Below are positions 10,349 through 20,458 of a stretch of 57,264 nucleotides of DNA, piece after piece. The position numbers were made by a program, and so were the translations under genes. The DNA comes from a virus. The notes below the pieces were generated by a model that was given only the letters and a program-made list of their open reading frames with translations, was not told the origin of the DNA and made no database searches. Each line of letters begins with the position of its first letter. The stretch's first letter is position 1. The stretch lies in the UHGV virus genome UHGV-0173438; one strand, given 5' to 3'.

Positions 10349-10537
10349 TTAAATATACTTACCTGTTTCAATGAAATATTTCATATCGCCATAACATCCA
10401 AATTCATTTACATTTTTTCCATTAATATCATATAAATTATAAATTGGTCCATCCAAATCATTATAAATATTAGGTTTAATTATCGTATAATACCATACTC
10501 CAAATTCTTTTTTACATTTTACTTTTTTCAATTTCAT
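10349..10537 (-). CDS. hypothetical protein
   Basis: directly behind a repeated promoter-RBS cassette. Confidence 0.7.
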   Translation of the reverse strand: MKLKKVKCKKEFGVWYYTIIKPNIYNDLDGPIYNLYDINGKNVNEFGCYGDMKYFIETGKYI

Positions 10538-10546
10538 AATTTATTT

Positions 10547-10620
10547 TTCTCCTTTATTTTTTATTTACATTAATATTATATCATAAAATAAATTATTTGT
10601 ACAATCATTTGATTCTTTTT
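10547..10620 (-). promoter_or_regulatory. repeated promoter-RBS cassette, copy 1
   Basis: minus strand gaatcaaatgaTTGTACAaataatttattttaTGaTATAATattaatgtaaataaaaaataAAGGAGaa. Confidence 0.85.
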
Positions 10621-10622
10621 TT

Positions 10623-12632
10623 TTATATAATTCCACCATAATATTTCATTGCTATACGCATACATGCAACAAATCCATCTTTTTCGGTTATATATTTTAC
10701 ATTTTCATTTTTAGTTTTATTGAATTTAAAACTTTCGATATCTACTTTGCATAGTTTACAATTTTTATCTAACAAAAATCTTTTTTCATTAAATGCCAAA
10801 TTTAATTGTTGAACAGTCATATCAAAATCAATATCATTATATCTTTCAATTGAAATTGATTTTGTAGCCATACCACGTAAACCATCTGTAGCAGAACAAT
10901 CTATAAATACATTTTTACCATTTGCCCAATTTTTCAATATATCTAAACCTTCACTTACTGGTGCTTTAAATTGTGTTTCTCGTTTTACAACAAGAGTTGT
11001 TTTAACTCCATATTTTGCACCTATTTCACATGCTTTCCAAATGCTTCCCTCTTTATTAAAAAAAATTGTAGAGTACGAAATACCTTTATATTGTGTAACA
11101 TCAATTATATTTTCATCATTAAATGCATGTCCATATACCATATATCGTCTATCTCCAAATATAAATAATATTAATTGAGAAAACGCATCTACAACGTCAT
11201 CATGGTCTAAAAAAGGAAAATTTAACAATTTTGTTTTAAGCATTTTCATAGATTCTGACAAATGATATGTGTTTGTAACTTTATCAAAACTTGTTTTAAC
11301 AAAAACGATATTTTTCATATATAAAGACGCATTTTCTAATCTTTGCATTTTTGAATTTGTTCCAGGATTAAATGCTTGAATACCTGGCACTTCATCCTGT
11401 GCTGCTTCAATAATTGGTGTTCCATTTGCTTTATCTTCGATTATTTGAATAATACCAGGAAAATTAGTATCTAAAGATTTGACATAATTCATTGATTTTA
11501 TAAATGCCATTTTTTTCTCTAATGCGTCAATGATATAAACCGTCCAACCTGCTTTATATGCCAAAATCGAGCCAAGATTATCTGATGATTCTTTATCTTT
11601 AACTGGAAAATCATGACTTGCATATATCATATCTGCACAATCAATACTTGGTATTTCATTTGTATCTTTTTCAATAATCATTTCTTCTTTAATAACCGTT
11701 TTATCACTAGCAATAGGGTCTTGTAAATATTGAGTTTGCCATACAAATTCACCTACTGAGTTTCTTAGTGATTGATAATTACCAAATCTTTCTGGCCATA
11801 AATAACTATCTTTTTCAAACTTTATAATATCCCCCGAAATAGGACAAACGACATATGTCGTTTTCTTAAATTGTGCAGGTAATACTAAAAAGAAATATTC
11901 AGAAGATAATTTTATATCATTTAAAATATGACCAGTTATATCATTTGGTGCAAGTCTTTGTTGAATATTCATAATAATAGATTTGAATACGTCATTAATA
12001 CGAGAAGGCATTGTGTTTTGGTAATAAGACCAAGCATTATTCATCTCTTCTTTATCTTTACGTGCAGTTTCTGCATTTGTTAAGTCATCATTAATAATTA
12101 TATCTGCACCATAACCTGTAAATGCAGCTCGATTTAAGGAATAAAGCTCTGCCTTTCGTTCATCTTGTAAAAAAGAAGTACTATTAGCAATTAATTTTAT
12201 TTCAGGAAAAAAGAATTTATACTTTTCAGAATTTATACAAGCTTGTCGTTTACTATTCATTTTAGAAGCAAGTCCTCCTGTATGTGAAATGGATGCTGCT
12301 TTAATTGGAGTAGATAACCACAACCATACTGGACCAAAAACATTAAATATCATACTCTTTGAATGTCTAGGAGGAACGTTAATATTAATTTTTTGCTTTG
12401 CTTCTCGAATGTCAATTAATTCCTCATTTTCACCAACAGTTGGTAGAGTTATCTCTTTAGGAGTATACTCTACCCATTGTCGGCACATATACTGAAACGT
12501 TTCACAATATATTTGAATTAATTTACCGTCAACTAATTTGCTTGGGTCAGCTGTTGACCAAAAATCTTTTACAAAAGAATAAAAGTCTCTCTTATATAAT
12601 TCTTTATATAGTAAACGTTGTAATTCAGTCAT
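10623..12632 (-). CDS. terL: terminase large subunit
   Basis: INVPPRHSKS Walker A, IIINDD Walker B, QQRL..D, LWPERF, QYLQDP, IEDKANG, HDDVVDA nuclease. Confidence 0.92.
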   Translation of the reverse strand: MTELQRLLYKELYKRDFYSFVKDFWSTADPSKLVDGKLIQIYCETFQYMCRQWVEYTPKEITLPTVGENEELIDIREAKQKININVPPRHSKSMIFNVFGPVWLWLSTPIKAASISHTGGLASKMNSKRQACINSEKYKFFFPEIKLIANSTSFLQDERKAELYSLNRAAFTGYGADIIINDDLTNAETARKDKEEMNNAWSYYQNTMPSRINDVFKSIIMNIQQRLAPNDITGHILNDIKLSSEYFFLVLPAQFKKTTYVVCPISGDIIKFEKDSYLWPERFGNYQSLRNSVGEFVWQTQYLQDPIASDKTVIKEEMIIEKDTNEIPSIDCADMIYASHDFPVKDKESSDNLGSILAYKAGWTVYIIDALEKKMAFIKSMNYVKSLDTNFPGIIQIIEDKANGTPIIEAAQDEVPGIQAFNPGTNSKMQRLENASLYMKNIVFVKTSFDKVTNTYHLSESMKMLKTKLLNFPFLDHDDVVDAFSQLILFIFGDRRYMVYGHAFNDENIIDVTQYKGISYSTIFFNKEGSIWKACEIGAKYGVKTTLVVKRETQFKAPVSEGLDILKNWANGKNVFIDCSATDGLRGMATKSISIERYNDIDFDMTVQQLNLAFNEKRFLLDKNCKLCKVDIESFKFNKTKNENVKYITEKDGFVACMRIAMKYYGGII

Positions 12633-12933
12633 AATTATGTGTATTAAATAACCCTAATGCAGTAGATAAATTATATAAAAATTCAATTATGTTTTCATCT
12701 TCCAATTTTTCAATACATTTATTTAATAATCTTCGATGTTCTACTAAAGTATCAATTTGTTGAGTTTCTTTATCAACAGATTTTTTTAATTCTGTAACAA
12801 ACTCTTTAAATTCATCATCTCCAACTAATTTTGTACATAACAATTCTTGTTTGTAAATAACCTCTTTAAGATTATCAATGCTTTGTTCAATTCCGCTTAC
12901 TAACTCTTCTAATCTATATTTATAATTTTCCAT
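12625..12933 (-). CDS. hypothetical coiled-coil protein
   Basis: AGGAGG RBS; overlaps the terL start. Confidence 0.65.
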   Translation of the reverse strand: MENYKYRLEELVSGIEQSIDNLKEVIYKQELLCTKLVGDDEFKEFVTELKKSVDKETQQIDTLVEHRRLLNKCIEKLEDENIIEFLYNLSTALGLFNTHNYD

Positions 12934-12988
12934 ACTAATTATTTAACCTCCTTATTAGTATTGCTTTAAAGACTCAAAATTGATTCGT

Positions 12989-13044
12989 ATTTGAATTTTT
13001 ATAAAAAATTAATATAAATATATTAATTCTATAAAAATTCAAAT
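12989..13044. repeat. long near-perfect palindrome (family member; possible terminator)
   Basis: atttgaatttttata / tataaaaattcaaat plus inner aattaatata / tatattaatt. Confidence 0.75.
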
Positions 13045-13060
13045 TTAATATCATTTAATA

Positions 13061-13891
13061 CTATAAATGACCTTTTGATAATGCAATTATAACGTCTTTT
13101 TTTGTCATTGTTATAATTTTATGCGTTTTATAATTATAAACTTTAACGATATTATTCTTAATATCCGTTTCATCAAATATCGGTTGAGGAGAACATCGAC
13201 AATTTGGAAATTCACCTGCATTTCCTATCATATTATCTAAATGTGGTTTTTCATTTTCTTTTCTCCAAAATACTAATACTCCATTCATCATTTTATGAGA
13301 TGGTCTTGTTCTAGCGTCGTTAGAAGATAACCAAATATATGCTTTTGAGCCAATATTTCTTGACCTATCTTCTAATATTGTAGTTTGTAATTTTGCCGTT
13401 TCTGTTCTAGCAATAATTTTAGAATGTTTATGTCCGTGAGCAGCCAATTGTCTTTCAAATGTTTTTCTGCCAATTATACCTTCTGCAACTTGTTCCAACA
13501 ATGTTGTTGCATAATTATATTGATAAACTTCTAATATTCTTGAGGGAATAGATTGTATCATTTTAAAATTATGTAATATTGCTTTTTTCATTATATCTAA
13601 TTGAAATTGAGTATATGTTGATGGTAATCCAATAATGTGTTTTTCTTTTGCTGCATTAAAATATTGTCTCCATAATCCTTTTTGATAATTAATTCCAATT
13701 TTTGCAAGCTCTTTTGCAAATTTTTCAGAAAATCTTTTATATTCTTTTGATTTTTGTAATCTTAACAAACCATCTTTCAAATATTCAATTTTACCTCTAT
13801 ATAAAGAAAGTTTATAATTTTTAAACGTTTTTTTAAAAACAGACTCATAGATTTTATTAATTTCTTTTTCTAATCTGCTTTTATTGCTCAT
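13061..13891 (-). CDS. head morphogenesis protein (SPP1 gp7 / Mu gpF family)
   Basis: IARTETAK, YIWLSSNDARTRPSH, PNCRC. Confidence 0.88.
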   Translation of the reverse strand: MSNKSRLEKEINKIYESVFKKTFKNYKLSLYRGKIEYLKDGLLRLQKSKEYKRFSEKFAKELAKIGINYQKGLWRQYFNAAKEKHIIGLPSTYTQFQLDIMKKAILHNFKMIQSIPSRILEVYQYNYATTLLEQVAEGIIGRKTFERQLAAHGHKHSKIIARTETAKLQTTILEDRSRNIGSKAYIWLSSNDARTRPSHKMMNGVLVFWRKENEKPHLDNMIGNAGEFPNCRCSPQPIFDETDIKNNIVKVYNYKTHKIITMTKKDVIIALSKGHL

Positions 13892-15674
13892 ATATATTCA
13901 CCTTCTTTATTGTAGGAATATTTATAAATTCTAAAATGCGTTCATATCCTCTTTTTATATAATATGAATAATCAATTTTATCAACTAATTTATTTACTGC
14001 TTTTTCACTAAGAATTTCATTGTTATACACAAATACTGAATCAGGTAAGTTTGATATTTTGGCTCTAGTTGTTTTACCTGTTTGTCTTTGTTTGTATATC
14101 ATTCCTATTTTATTTTCATCTTTCATTGCGAATGCTCTGCTTACAGGTTGTAGTTTTTTAATGAACACGTCTCCAGTATTTAAATCATTCAATTGATATT
14201 CTAAATAATCAAATGCATTAGGTCGACAACAATATTGAAACATTCTTAGATTTCGTTTATTTTCTTTAATTATTTCTTCTGGTAATTTTTTATTGATAAA
14301 ATATTCAACTATGCAATGATGAATTATTGCTGGCTCTTTTGCTTTAAATATATCTTCTTCAAGAGGATTTTCCCAAGCATTATAATATTTTACTGCTTCA
14401 CCCAAAACATGAATTTTTCCTTTTCCATCTTTATATATATAATTATTTACATCTCGTTGATGAATATCATATATTTTATCAAGTTTTAATACAAATCCTG
14501 TTCTAGTTTGCCATTCATTAATTATATTAACTACTTCGTTCTCTTTAATTCCTGGTAAAGGTTTTGCAATGATACCGTCTGTATTACTTTGAATTAATTT
14601 AACTTTTCCTTCCAATTTTTCAAGCAAATCCACTAAAAACATTTGTCCTAGCATTGTTACCAATGTACCACGATTTGGGTCATAGAATTTACAAAATTTA
14701 TTTGTCATTGCACCAAATACAGCTAATAAAATAACTTTATATGTCCATCTTTTACTAGGATTAGTTATTTTTAATTCGAGCTGGTGTTTATACATTTTTT
14801 CATAAAGGATTTTATATTTATCAGGAATTGTTCTAGGTAGTAAATCCAATAATATCATTATCAGATTATAATAACCTGATACGTCAAAATAATATGCCCA
14901 ATCTTCATGACAACATCTTCTTGCTGCATGTATTCCACCTGCACCCAAAACATGATTAACATCACATAATTTTATTTTTAATTTTTCACCTTTTCTAAAA
15001 TTTTCATTCATATAAAAATTGATAACTTCTTTATTTTTTACATGAAGTTGAGGATACATTTTTGGTTTTACTATCCAATTTTCAATTCCTGAAATGGCTT
15101 CTGCATGTAAAACCTTTTCTGCAAGTTGTGTTCCTGTTATATGAAGACAGTCTAATGATAAATTAAATTCATTTATTACATCCATTCGCAATGTTAATTC
15201 ACCTTTAATTGAAATTAAATTATCCAATGTTTGTTCTAAATCATCAAAATTATATGCTTCAGTTAACTGTTTTTCTTCATTTGTAAGTTCTCTATGTAAA
15301 TTAAAATCAACATCTGTTGTATGAATATTTTTACCTGCTGCACATTCAATTGCTTTTAATGACCCAAAATGATTTGTCATTAAATCATAATAAATTAATG
15401 GTATATTTAAATATTTACGTTTATCCTGTTCGATAATTTCTTTCGACACTTTAAACGGATTGTTGTTACTTATAATTGCTTGCAAAATATGATTATCATA
15501 TCTTTCGTTGTTATGACCTATCCATATGCTTTTTTGATTATCGTAGTAAAATTTTTTTATTTCTTCTAAATCCCAAGTTTGAAGTAATGATATTTTATCA
15601 TTATCTATTATTAACGCACCAAATAATGTATCATATTCAAATACTTCAAAATCAAATATGATTAATTTTTGCAT
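13881..15674 (-). CDS. family B DNA polymerase
   Basis: ExoI FDFE, ExoII GHNNERYD, ExoIII YNFDD; Pol motifs FDVSGYY, YKVILLAVFG, SNTDG; RDVNNY. Confidence 0.88.
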   Translation of the reverse strand: MQKLIIFDFEVFEYDTLFGALIIDNDKISLLQTWDLEEIKKFYYDNQKSIWIGHNNERYDNHILQAIISNNNPFKVSKEIIEQDKRKYLNIPLIYYDLMTNHFGSLKAIECAAGKNIHTTDVDFNLHRELTNEEKQLTEAYNFDDLEQTLDNLISIKGELTLRMDVINEFNLSLDCLHITGTQLAEKVLHAEAISGIENWIVKPKMYPQLHVKNKEVINFYMNENFRKGEKLKIKLCDVNHVLGAGGIHAARRCCHEDWAYYFDVSGYYNLIMILLDLLPRTIPDKYKILYEKMYKHQLELKITNPSKRWTYKVILLAVFGAMTNKFCKFYDPNRGTLVTMLGQMFLVDLLEKLEGKVKLIQSNTDGIIAKPLPGIKENEVVNIINEWQTRTGFVLKLDKIYDIHQRDVNNYIYKDGKGKIHVLGEAVKYYNAWENPLEEDIFKAKEPAIIHHCIVEYFINKKLPEEIIKENKRNLRMFQYCCRPNAFDYLEYQLNDLNTGDVFIKKLQPVSRAFAMKDENKIGMIYKQRQTGKTTRAKISNLPDSVFVYNNEILSEKAVNKLVDKIDYSYYIKRGYERILEFINIPTIKKVNIYEQ

Positions 15675-16097
15675 TTATTTACCTGTACTTCCAAGACCAT
15701 TATTACTTCGATCTGTTTTTTCGAATTCGTCAACAACTTGTATAAATGGATTTAATATATTATACACTATTAATGAACAAACTCTTTGATTCTTTTCGAT
15801 AAAAATTGTATTTTTTGTGCAATTAGTAATTATTAAATGTATTTCTCCAGTATAATCTGGGTCAATAACAGCTGTTTGAATTAATAATCCTTTTTCTGCA
15901 ATACTGCTTCTAGGTACTAACATTCCTGCATATCCTTCTGGAATTAAAACACCTAAACCTAAACCAATTGTTTTTGTTTCAAGAGAATCAATCTTAAATG
16001 TTTCGGGAACAAATAAGTCTAAGCCAGAATCAGGTAAATGAGATTTTATTGGTAATTTAACATCTTTAAATAATTTTATTTTCATGATTTCCTCCAT
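15675..16097 (-). CDS. dut: trimeric dUTPase
   Basis: SGLDL, PRSS, VIDPDYTGEI, R..NGLGSTG. Confidence 0.93.
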   Translation of the reverse strand: MEEIMKIKLFKDVKLPIKSHLPDSGLDLFVPETFKIDSLETKTIGLGLGVLIPEGYAGMLVPRSSIAEKGLLIQTAVIDPDYTGEIHLIITNCTKNTIFIEKNQRVCSLIVYNILNPFIQVVDEFEKTDRSNNGLGSTGK

Positions 16098-16099
16098 AT

Positions 16100-16142
16100 T
16101 AATATTATATCAAATAATTAACAATTTGTACAATTATTTGAT
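16100..16142 (-). promoter_or_regulatory. promoter variant for dut-polB, overlapping the licD stop
   Basis: minus strand atcaaataaTTGTACAaattgttaattattTGaTATAAT, same layout as the repeated cassette. Confidence 0.7.
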
Positions 16143-16954
16143 TTACAAAATTGTTCAAATGATACTTTTTTATAATTTTTATAATGACAAATATCATGAT
16201 GTACATCATAGAATGTATTACCATGCAAACTTTTTTCTTTCTTAGGTATTAAATAATTATCGCCATACCATCTTCTTAAAATCTCATCATATCCAATAGG
16301 TATTCGAATCTGTTGTTTTAAACCTTTAAAATTTATAAGTATATATTCAGAATATGCAGTTGAAGCAATTCGAAGTTCCATATCTTTATATTTACTATAT
16401 CTATATAATATCATTTCCGCAACATATTCTTTTGTATCTGAATTAGAATAGTTTGTTAATACATAATTTATATTTCGATATGCAAGTCTTTTTTTATCCA
16501 TAGTTAATTCTTTTGATAATTCGATATTTTTTGTTTGTCTAATCATTGCTTTTTCACTTTCAAAATTGTCATAATTTGATATATAATCAAGAGGAAATAT
16601 ATCAATAAAAATACCTTTATGACAATCTAATTCATATTCGTTTTTTGTCATTCCAATTGTATTATTTAATCGTAATTTTGCACACAATTGAAAAATATTG
16701 TCAGTGTCTGTTGTTTGAAAAAAATATTTATTTTTAAATTCTAAAGGACCAATTTTTAATAATTTATTAAAGTCATTTCTTGGCATTACAATATCAATAT
16801 CGTCATCCCATTTTATCATTTGTTGATTTCTTACTGCACCAAGCAATGTTCCACCGTCTACAAACCATGATAAATTGTATTTTGTTGCTATTCGAATAAA
16901 TTCGTCAAATAATTTTAAACAACATTTTTGTATTTGTTTAATCTTTGTTTTCAT
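16118..16954 (-). CDS. licD: LicD family phosphocholine/phosphotransferase
   Basis: GGTLLGAVR..MIKWDDDIDIVMPRND, GIFIDIFPLD, F.G..IP.GYD..L..YG.Y. Confidence 0.9.
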   Translation of the reverse strand: MKTKIKQIQKCCLKLFDEFIRIATKYNLSWFVDGGTLLGAVRNQQMIKWDDDIDIVMPRNDFNKLLKIGPLEFKNKYFFQTTDTDNIFQLCAKLRLNNTIGMTKNEYELDCHKGIFIDIFPLDYISNYDNFESEKAMIRQTKNIELSKELTMDKKRLAYRNINYVLTNYSNSDTKEYVAEMILYRYSKYKDMELRIASTAYSEYILINFKGLKQQIRIPIGYDEILRRWYGDNYLIPKKEKSLHGNTFYDVHHDICHYKNYKKVSFEQFCKSNNCTNC

Positions 16955-18443
16955 AATTTTTTACCTCTTTAAAGAACGAAATAATAATAAGTATCATAAT
17001 TATTGTTAATGGAAATGCCCCAATAATAGCCATGCTCATTAATAATTGATTTGTGGTATCTAAGAATAATAATGCAATAGGTAATATTAAAAAGATAATA
17101 ATCCAATAAAGTTTTACTTTTTTTGATGGACTTTTATCAATGTCTAATTCTTTGTATGAAAATGTACTAACAACATCTGTTAAAGCATCAAACGTTGATG
17201 CATATAGACCAAACATAGTAAGTAAAATTACTATCATAATGATTGGTGCAAATTTTATGCTTGACAGCATTTCGACTATTGCTTCTGATGGAGTTATACC
17301 GTTCTGTAACATAGTAATGATATCAAATGACTTTGTCGATTGTAAATGCATTCCGAAACCACCAAAAATTATAAATGAACAAAATGTGCCTAATAAACCG
17401 CAAAGTCCTCCACCAAGAAGAATTTGTTTGATTGTTCTTCCTTTTGAAATTTTTGCAATGAAAAATGGAGTTGCTACAGACCAAGCAATCCAATATGCCC
17501 AAAAATAAACAGTCCAATCTTGTACAAACGTTGTCGTTCTAATAGGATCTGTCCATGTCGACATTTTAAAGAAATTTTGAAGCATATTACCAAATCCTTG
17601 AAAACCAGTTTCAAGAATAAAACGAGGATTACCAATGATAAAAAATAATGCAAGCAAAAATGAAAAGATAATAGTTGTTAATTTTGCAACAATGTTTATA
17701 CCGCTTTTTGTCATTACTGCTATACCGTAAATAATTGCAATAACGATTAATAAAATAATTGATATAATTACTGAATTTTGTAAATGAAAAATTTTACAAA
17801 TCATAGCAGACATAAATGGAGTTGTAATAGAAAATGTAGTTGATGTACCACAAAGTAATCCAAATATTGATATAATATTGATTAATTTTCCAATGCGTCC
17901 ATCTATTTTATTTTTTAATATTGGTCTACACATTTCTGCAATATTTTGTTTATTTCGTTTATGCATATTAAAAAACATAAATGCGTAAATTGCTGCTAAA
18001 ATTAAATAAAATGACCAAGGAATAAAACCCCAATGAAATAATGAATATGACGATGACCATAATAGTTTATCATTAAGAGAATTAAATTGTTGATTTAAAA
18101 TATTTGCATTCCAATAATTTGTCCATTCATGAAATGAATAAAATAGTATATCTGCAGCCATCGTTGAGGTAAATATCAATATACCCCACATTATAATATT
18201 CATTGGTTTATCTTCTTTTTTACCAATTTTAATTTTTCCAATTTTTGAAAACGCAATAAAAATAAGAAGTAAAAAAATTGCTAAACCAAAAATCAAATAA
18301 TAAATTCCAATTTTATTACATAAAAAATCTTTAACGATAGAAATTATCTTTGTTGATATATTTGGAAATATTGTTATTAATATTCCTATTACTAAAACAA
18401 GTATAGTTGGTATTATGATTACACTCTTATTTAATTTTTTCAT
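16938..18443 (-). CDS. BCCT family (choline/betaine/carnitine) transporter
   Basis: about 12 hydrophobic segments; FHWG..PW..Y and WTVYFWAYWIAWS..FFIAKISKGRTIKQ BCCT signature. Confidence 0.9.
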   Translation of the reverse strand: MKKLNKSVIIIPTILVLVIGILITIFPNISTKIISIVKDFLCNKIGIYYLIFGLAIFLLLIFIAFSKIGKIKIGKKEDKPMNIIMWGILIFTSTMAADILFYSFHEWTNYWNANILNQQFNSLNDKLLWSSSYSLFHWGFIPWSFYLILAAIYAFMFFNMHKRNKQNIAEMCRPILKNKIDGRIGKLINIISIFGLLCGTSTTFSITTPFMSAMICKIFHLQNSVIISIILLIVIAIIYGIAVMTKSGINIVAKLTTIIFSFLLALFFIIGNPRFILETGFQGFGNMLQNFFKMSTWTDPIRTTTFVQDWTVYFWAYWIAWSVATPFFIAKISKGRTIKQILLGGGLCGLLGTFCSFIIFGGFGMHLQSTKSFDIITMLQNGITPSEAIVEMLSSIKFAPIIMIVILLTMFGLYASTFDALTDVVSTFSYKELDIDKSPSKKVKLYWIIIFLILPIALLFLDTTNQLLMSMAIIGAFPLTIIMILIIISFFKEVKNYENKD

Positions 18444-18445
18444 TT

Positions 18446-20044
18446 TTATTTAAACCTTTCTTTTGCCATATTATAATCGTCAATTGTATCAATTTCAATT
18501 ATATCGTTCTTCTTTATATTATATGTTCTAAGAATAAATTCATCAGCATATAATCTTAAAGGAATTTCGTCCCAATATATTTTTGTATTTTTATTGTTAA
18601 CTTCTGTTCGTAAACAAATATATAATGATTGTATTGCATTTGTTGTCCAATATGATAATGAACGCAAATATTGTCCTTTTGTATTATCGTCAACTAAATA
18701 ATCTATTATTCGTTTATTTTGCATAATAGGTTGCCATTCGTCATTATGCTCATTTGAATAATATGTACTATAGCCTGAACAAGTGATATATTTTCGTATT
18801 GCATTAGATTGTATAATTTGATCTGCATCAAGAATAATCGTTCCACCAGATAATGTATATAATTGATTTAATGCAATAAATAATGAATAAACGTTATTAT
18901 TATTTTCATAATCATCAATTGTTATAAATTGAATATTTGTAGTATTATATTTTTCTTTTAAATATTCAAAATCTGACATTTTGTATCCAACAACTATATT
19001 AATATTTGTTATTTGCTTTGACAATAATGACTCTATAGTATACTCTATTATGGGTTTATTATTAATTTTTAATAATGCTTTATGTGTATCTTTTGTTAAT
19101 TCTTGTAATCTGTTACCTTTACCTGCAGCCAAAATAATTGCATTATTAATTTTAATCATTTTCGATAAAAAAAATTTATTTGAGTATAGATCTGCATATA
19201 TAAATTGTCGTTTAGCATAATCACCAAAATCAATACCGAGCGTTGCTTTATATTCACACCAATTACTCCATAATAATCCTGCAATTGCACAATACATAAT
19301 AACTTTTTTATATATTTCAACAGGTAATGTTTCAAACGATTGATTAAAATAGTATTGAATTAACGTCTTTATTTGTTGTTCATTATAACCTGAATATATT
19401 GCAAACATTGCTAAGTCTAACATTGGGTCTTGTAAACCTGCATATTCCCAATCGACCAATCGTATATTTTTATCTTCATCTATACAAAAGTTATCCGGGT
19501 TCGGATCTATATGACAAAGACAAAGTCGTTTTGGCATTTCTTCAAGCATATCAAGTAATGCAAAAACTCTTTCTTTTACATCATTGTAATTTGCATATTT
19601 TGATTTTCCCATTAATCGTTCATAATATAGAATTTCGTCTTTTAAATTAAAGTATCGACCTTCTTTTATGTTTGCATCATGTAATTTTTTTAATGTAGTA
19701 ATACAACGTTTAACTTCATCAAAATCTGATTTATCACAAGTTTTAGCATGCATAAATTTAGATAATTTTATGCCCGATTTCGAATCAATATAAACAACTT
19801 CGTCTGAAATATTTAAATTTATATTTTTTAATGATTGATATGTTTCTGCTTCTTTAACTCTATTGATTAATTGTTTTGTACCTTTACCAGGTATTCGCAA
19901 TAAATATTCAGAATCATCCTTTAATTTAAGATAAAATGAAATATTTGTCATACCACCATGAAAATGTTTAATTGTAATAATATTTTTTGCAAATGCATCA
20001 CCAAAATGTCGTTTACAAATTTTATATATACTATCTTTATTCAT
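18446..20044 (-). CDS. choline kinase (LicA) - CTP:phosphocholine cytidylyltransferase (LicC) fusion
   Basis: N-half GGMTN, LRIPG.GT..LINR..E, CHID..PDN, LVDWEYAG; C-half AIILAAGKGNRL..K.LL, VVGY, NN.YSL, EIDT..D. Confidence 0.88.
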   Translation of the reverse strand: MNKDSIYKICKRHFGDAFAKNIITIKHFHGGMTNISFYLKLKDDSEYLLRIPGKGTKQLINRVKEAETYQSLKNINLNISDEVVYIDSKSGIKLSKFMHAKTCDKSDFDEVKRCITTLKKLHDANIKEGRYFNLKDEILYYERLMGKSKYANYNDVKERVFALLDMLEEMPKRLCLCHIDPNPDNFCIDEDKNIRLVDWEYAGLQDPMLDLAMFAIYSGYNEQQIKTLIQYYFNQSFETLPVEIYKKVIMYCAIAGLLWSNWCEYKATLGIDFGDYAKRQFIYADLYSNKFFLSKMIKINNAIILAAGKGNRLQELTKDTHKALLKINNKPIIEYTIESLLSKQITNINIVVGYKMSDFEYLKEKYNTTNIQFITIDDYENNNNVYSLFIALNQLYTLSGGTIILDADQIIQSNAIRKYITCSGYSTYYSNEHNDEWQPIMQNKRIIDYLVDDNTKGQYLRSLSYWTTNAIQSLYICLRTEVNNKNTKIYWDEIPLRLYADEFILRTYNIKKNDIIEIDTIDDYNMAKERFK

Positions 20045-20447
20045 TATTAATTTGCTCCATATACAAGATTATTTTTTTTGCGATTTGATAAGGCGTTTCA
20101 TTTGATGTATTAAAAATTAAAGTATAATAACCATGTTTTGTTAATTCTGCAAAAACTTTTTGAAATTCATCAACGTCCTTTTCATAATTTCTTTTAGGCT
20201 CATTTGTTGTTTTACAACGTATTTCCCAATCGGCTTTGTCAACAGTTAATAGAATATTAACAATGTTTTTTTGGTTTTCAATATCATATTCATAGTTTCG
20301 ATGATAAATATTTGAATAAACTACCATTGATGCATAACCTCTTGCATTGCATATATATTTTGCTTTACCAAGATAATAAATATAATTTTTTACAGAATCT
20401 TTACCTGCTCTATCTATACCGTCTATAACAATTTGATAATATTTCAT
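20037..20447 (-). CDS. thymidylate-kinase-like dNMP kinase
   Basis: IVIDGIDRAGKDS P-loop; ARGYAS.VVY corresponds to the TMK DR..S..Y motif. Confidence 0.7.
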   Translation of the reverse strand: MKYYQIVIDGIDRAGKDSVKNYIYYLGKAKYICNARGYASMVVYSNIYHRNYEYDIENQKNIVNILLTVDKADWEIRCKTTNEPKRNYEKDVDEFQKVFAELTKHGYYTLIFNTSNETPYQIAKKIILYMEQINNE

Positions 20448-20458
20448 TTTTATACCTC

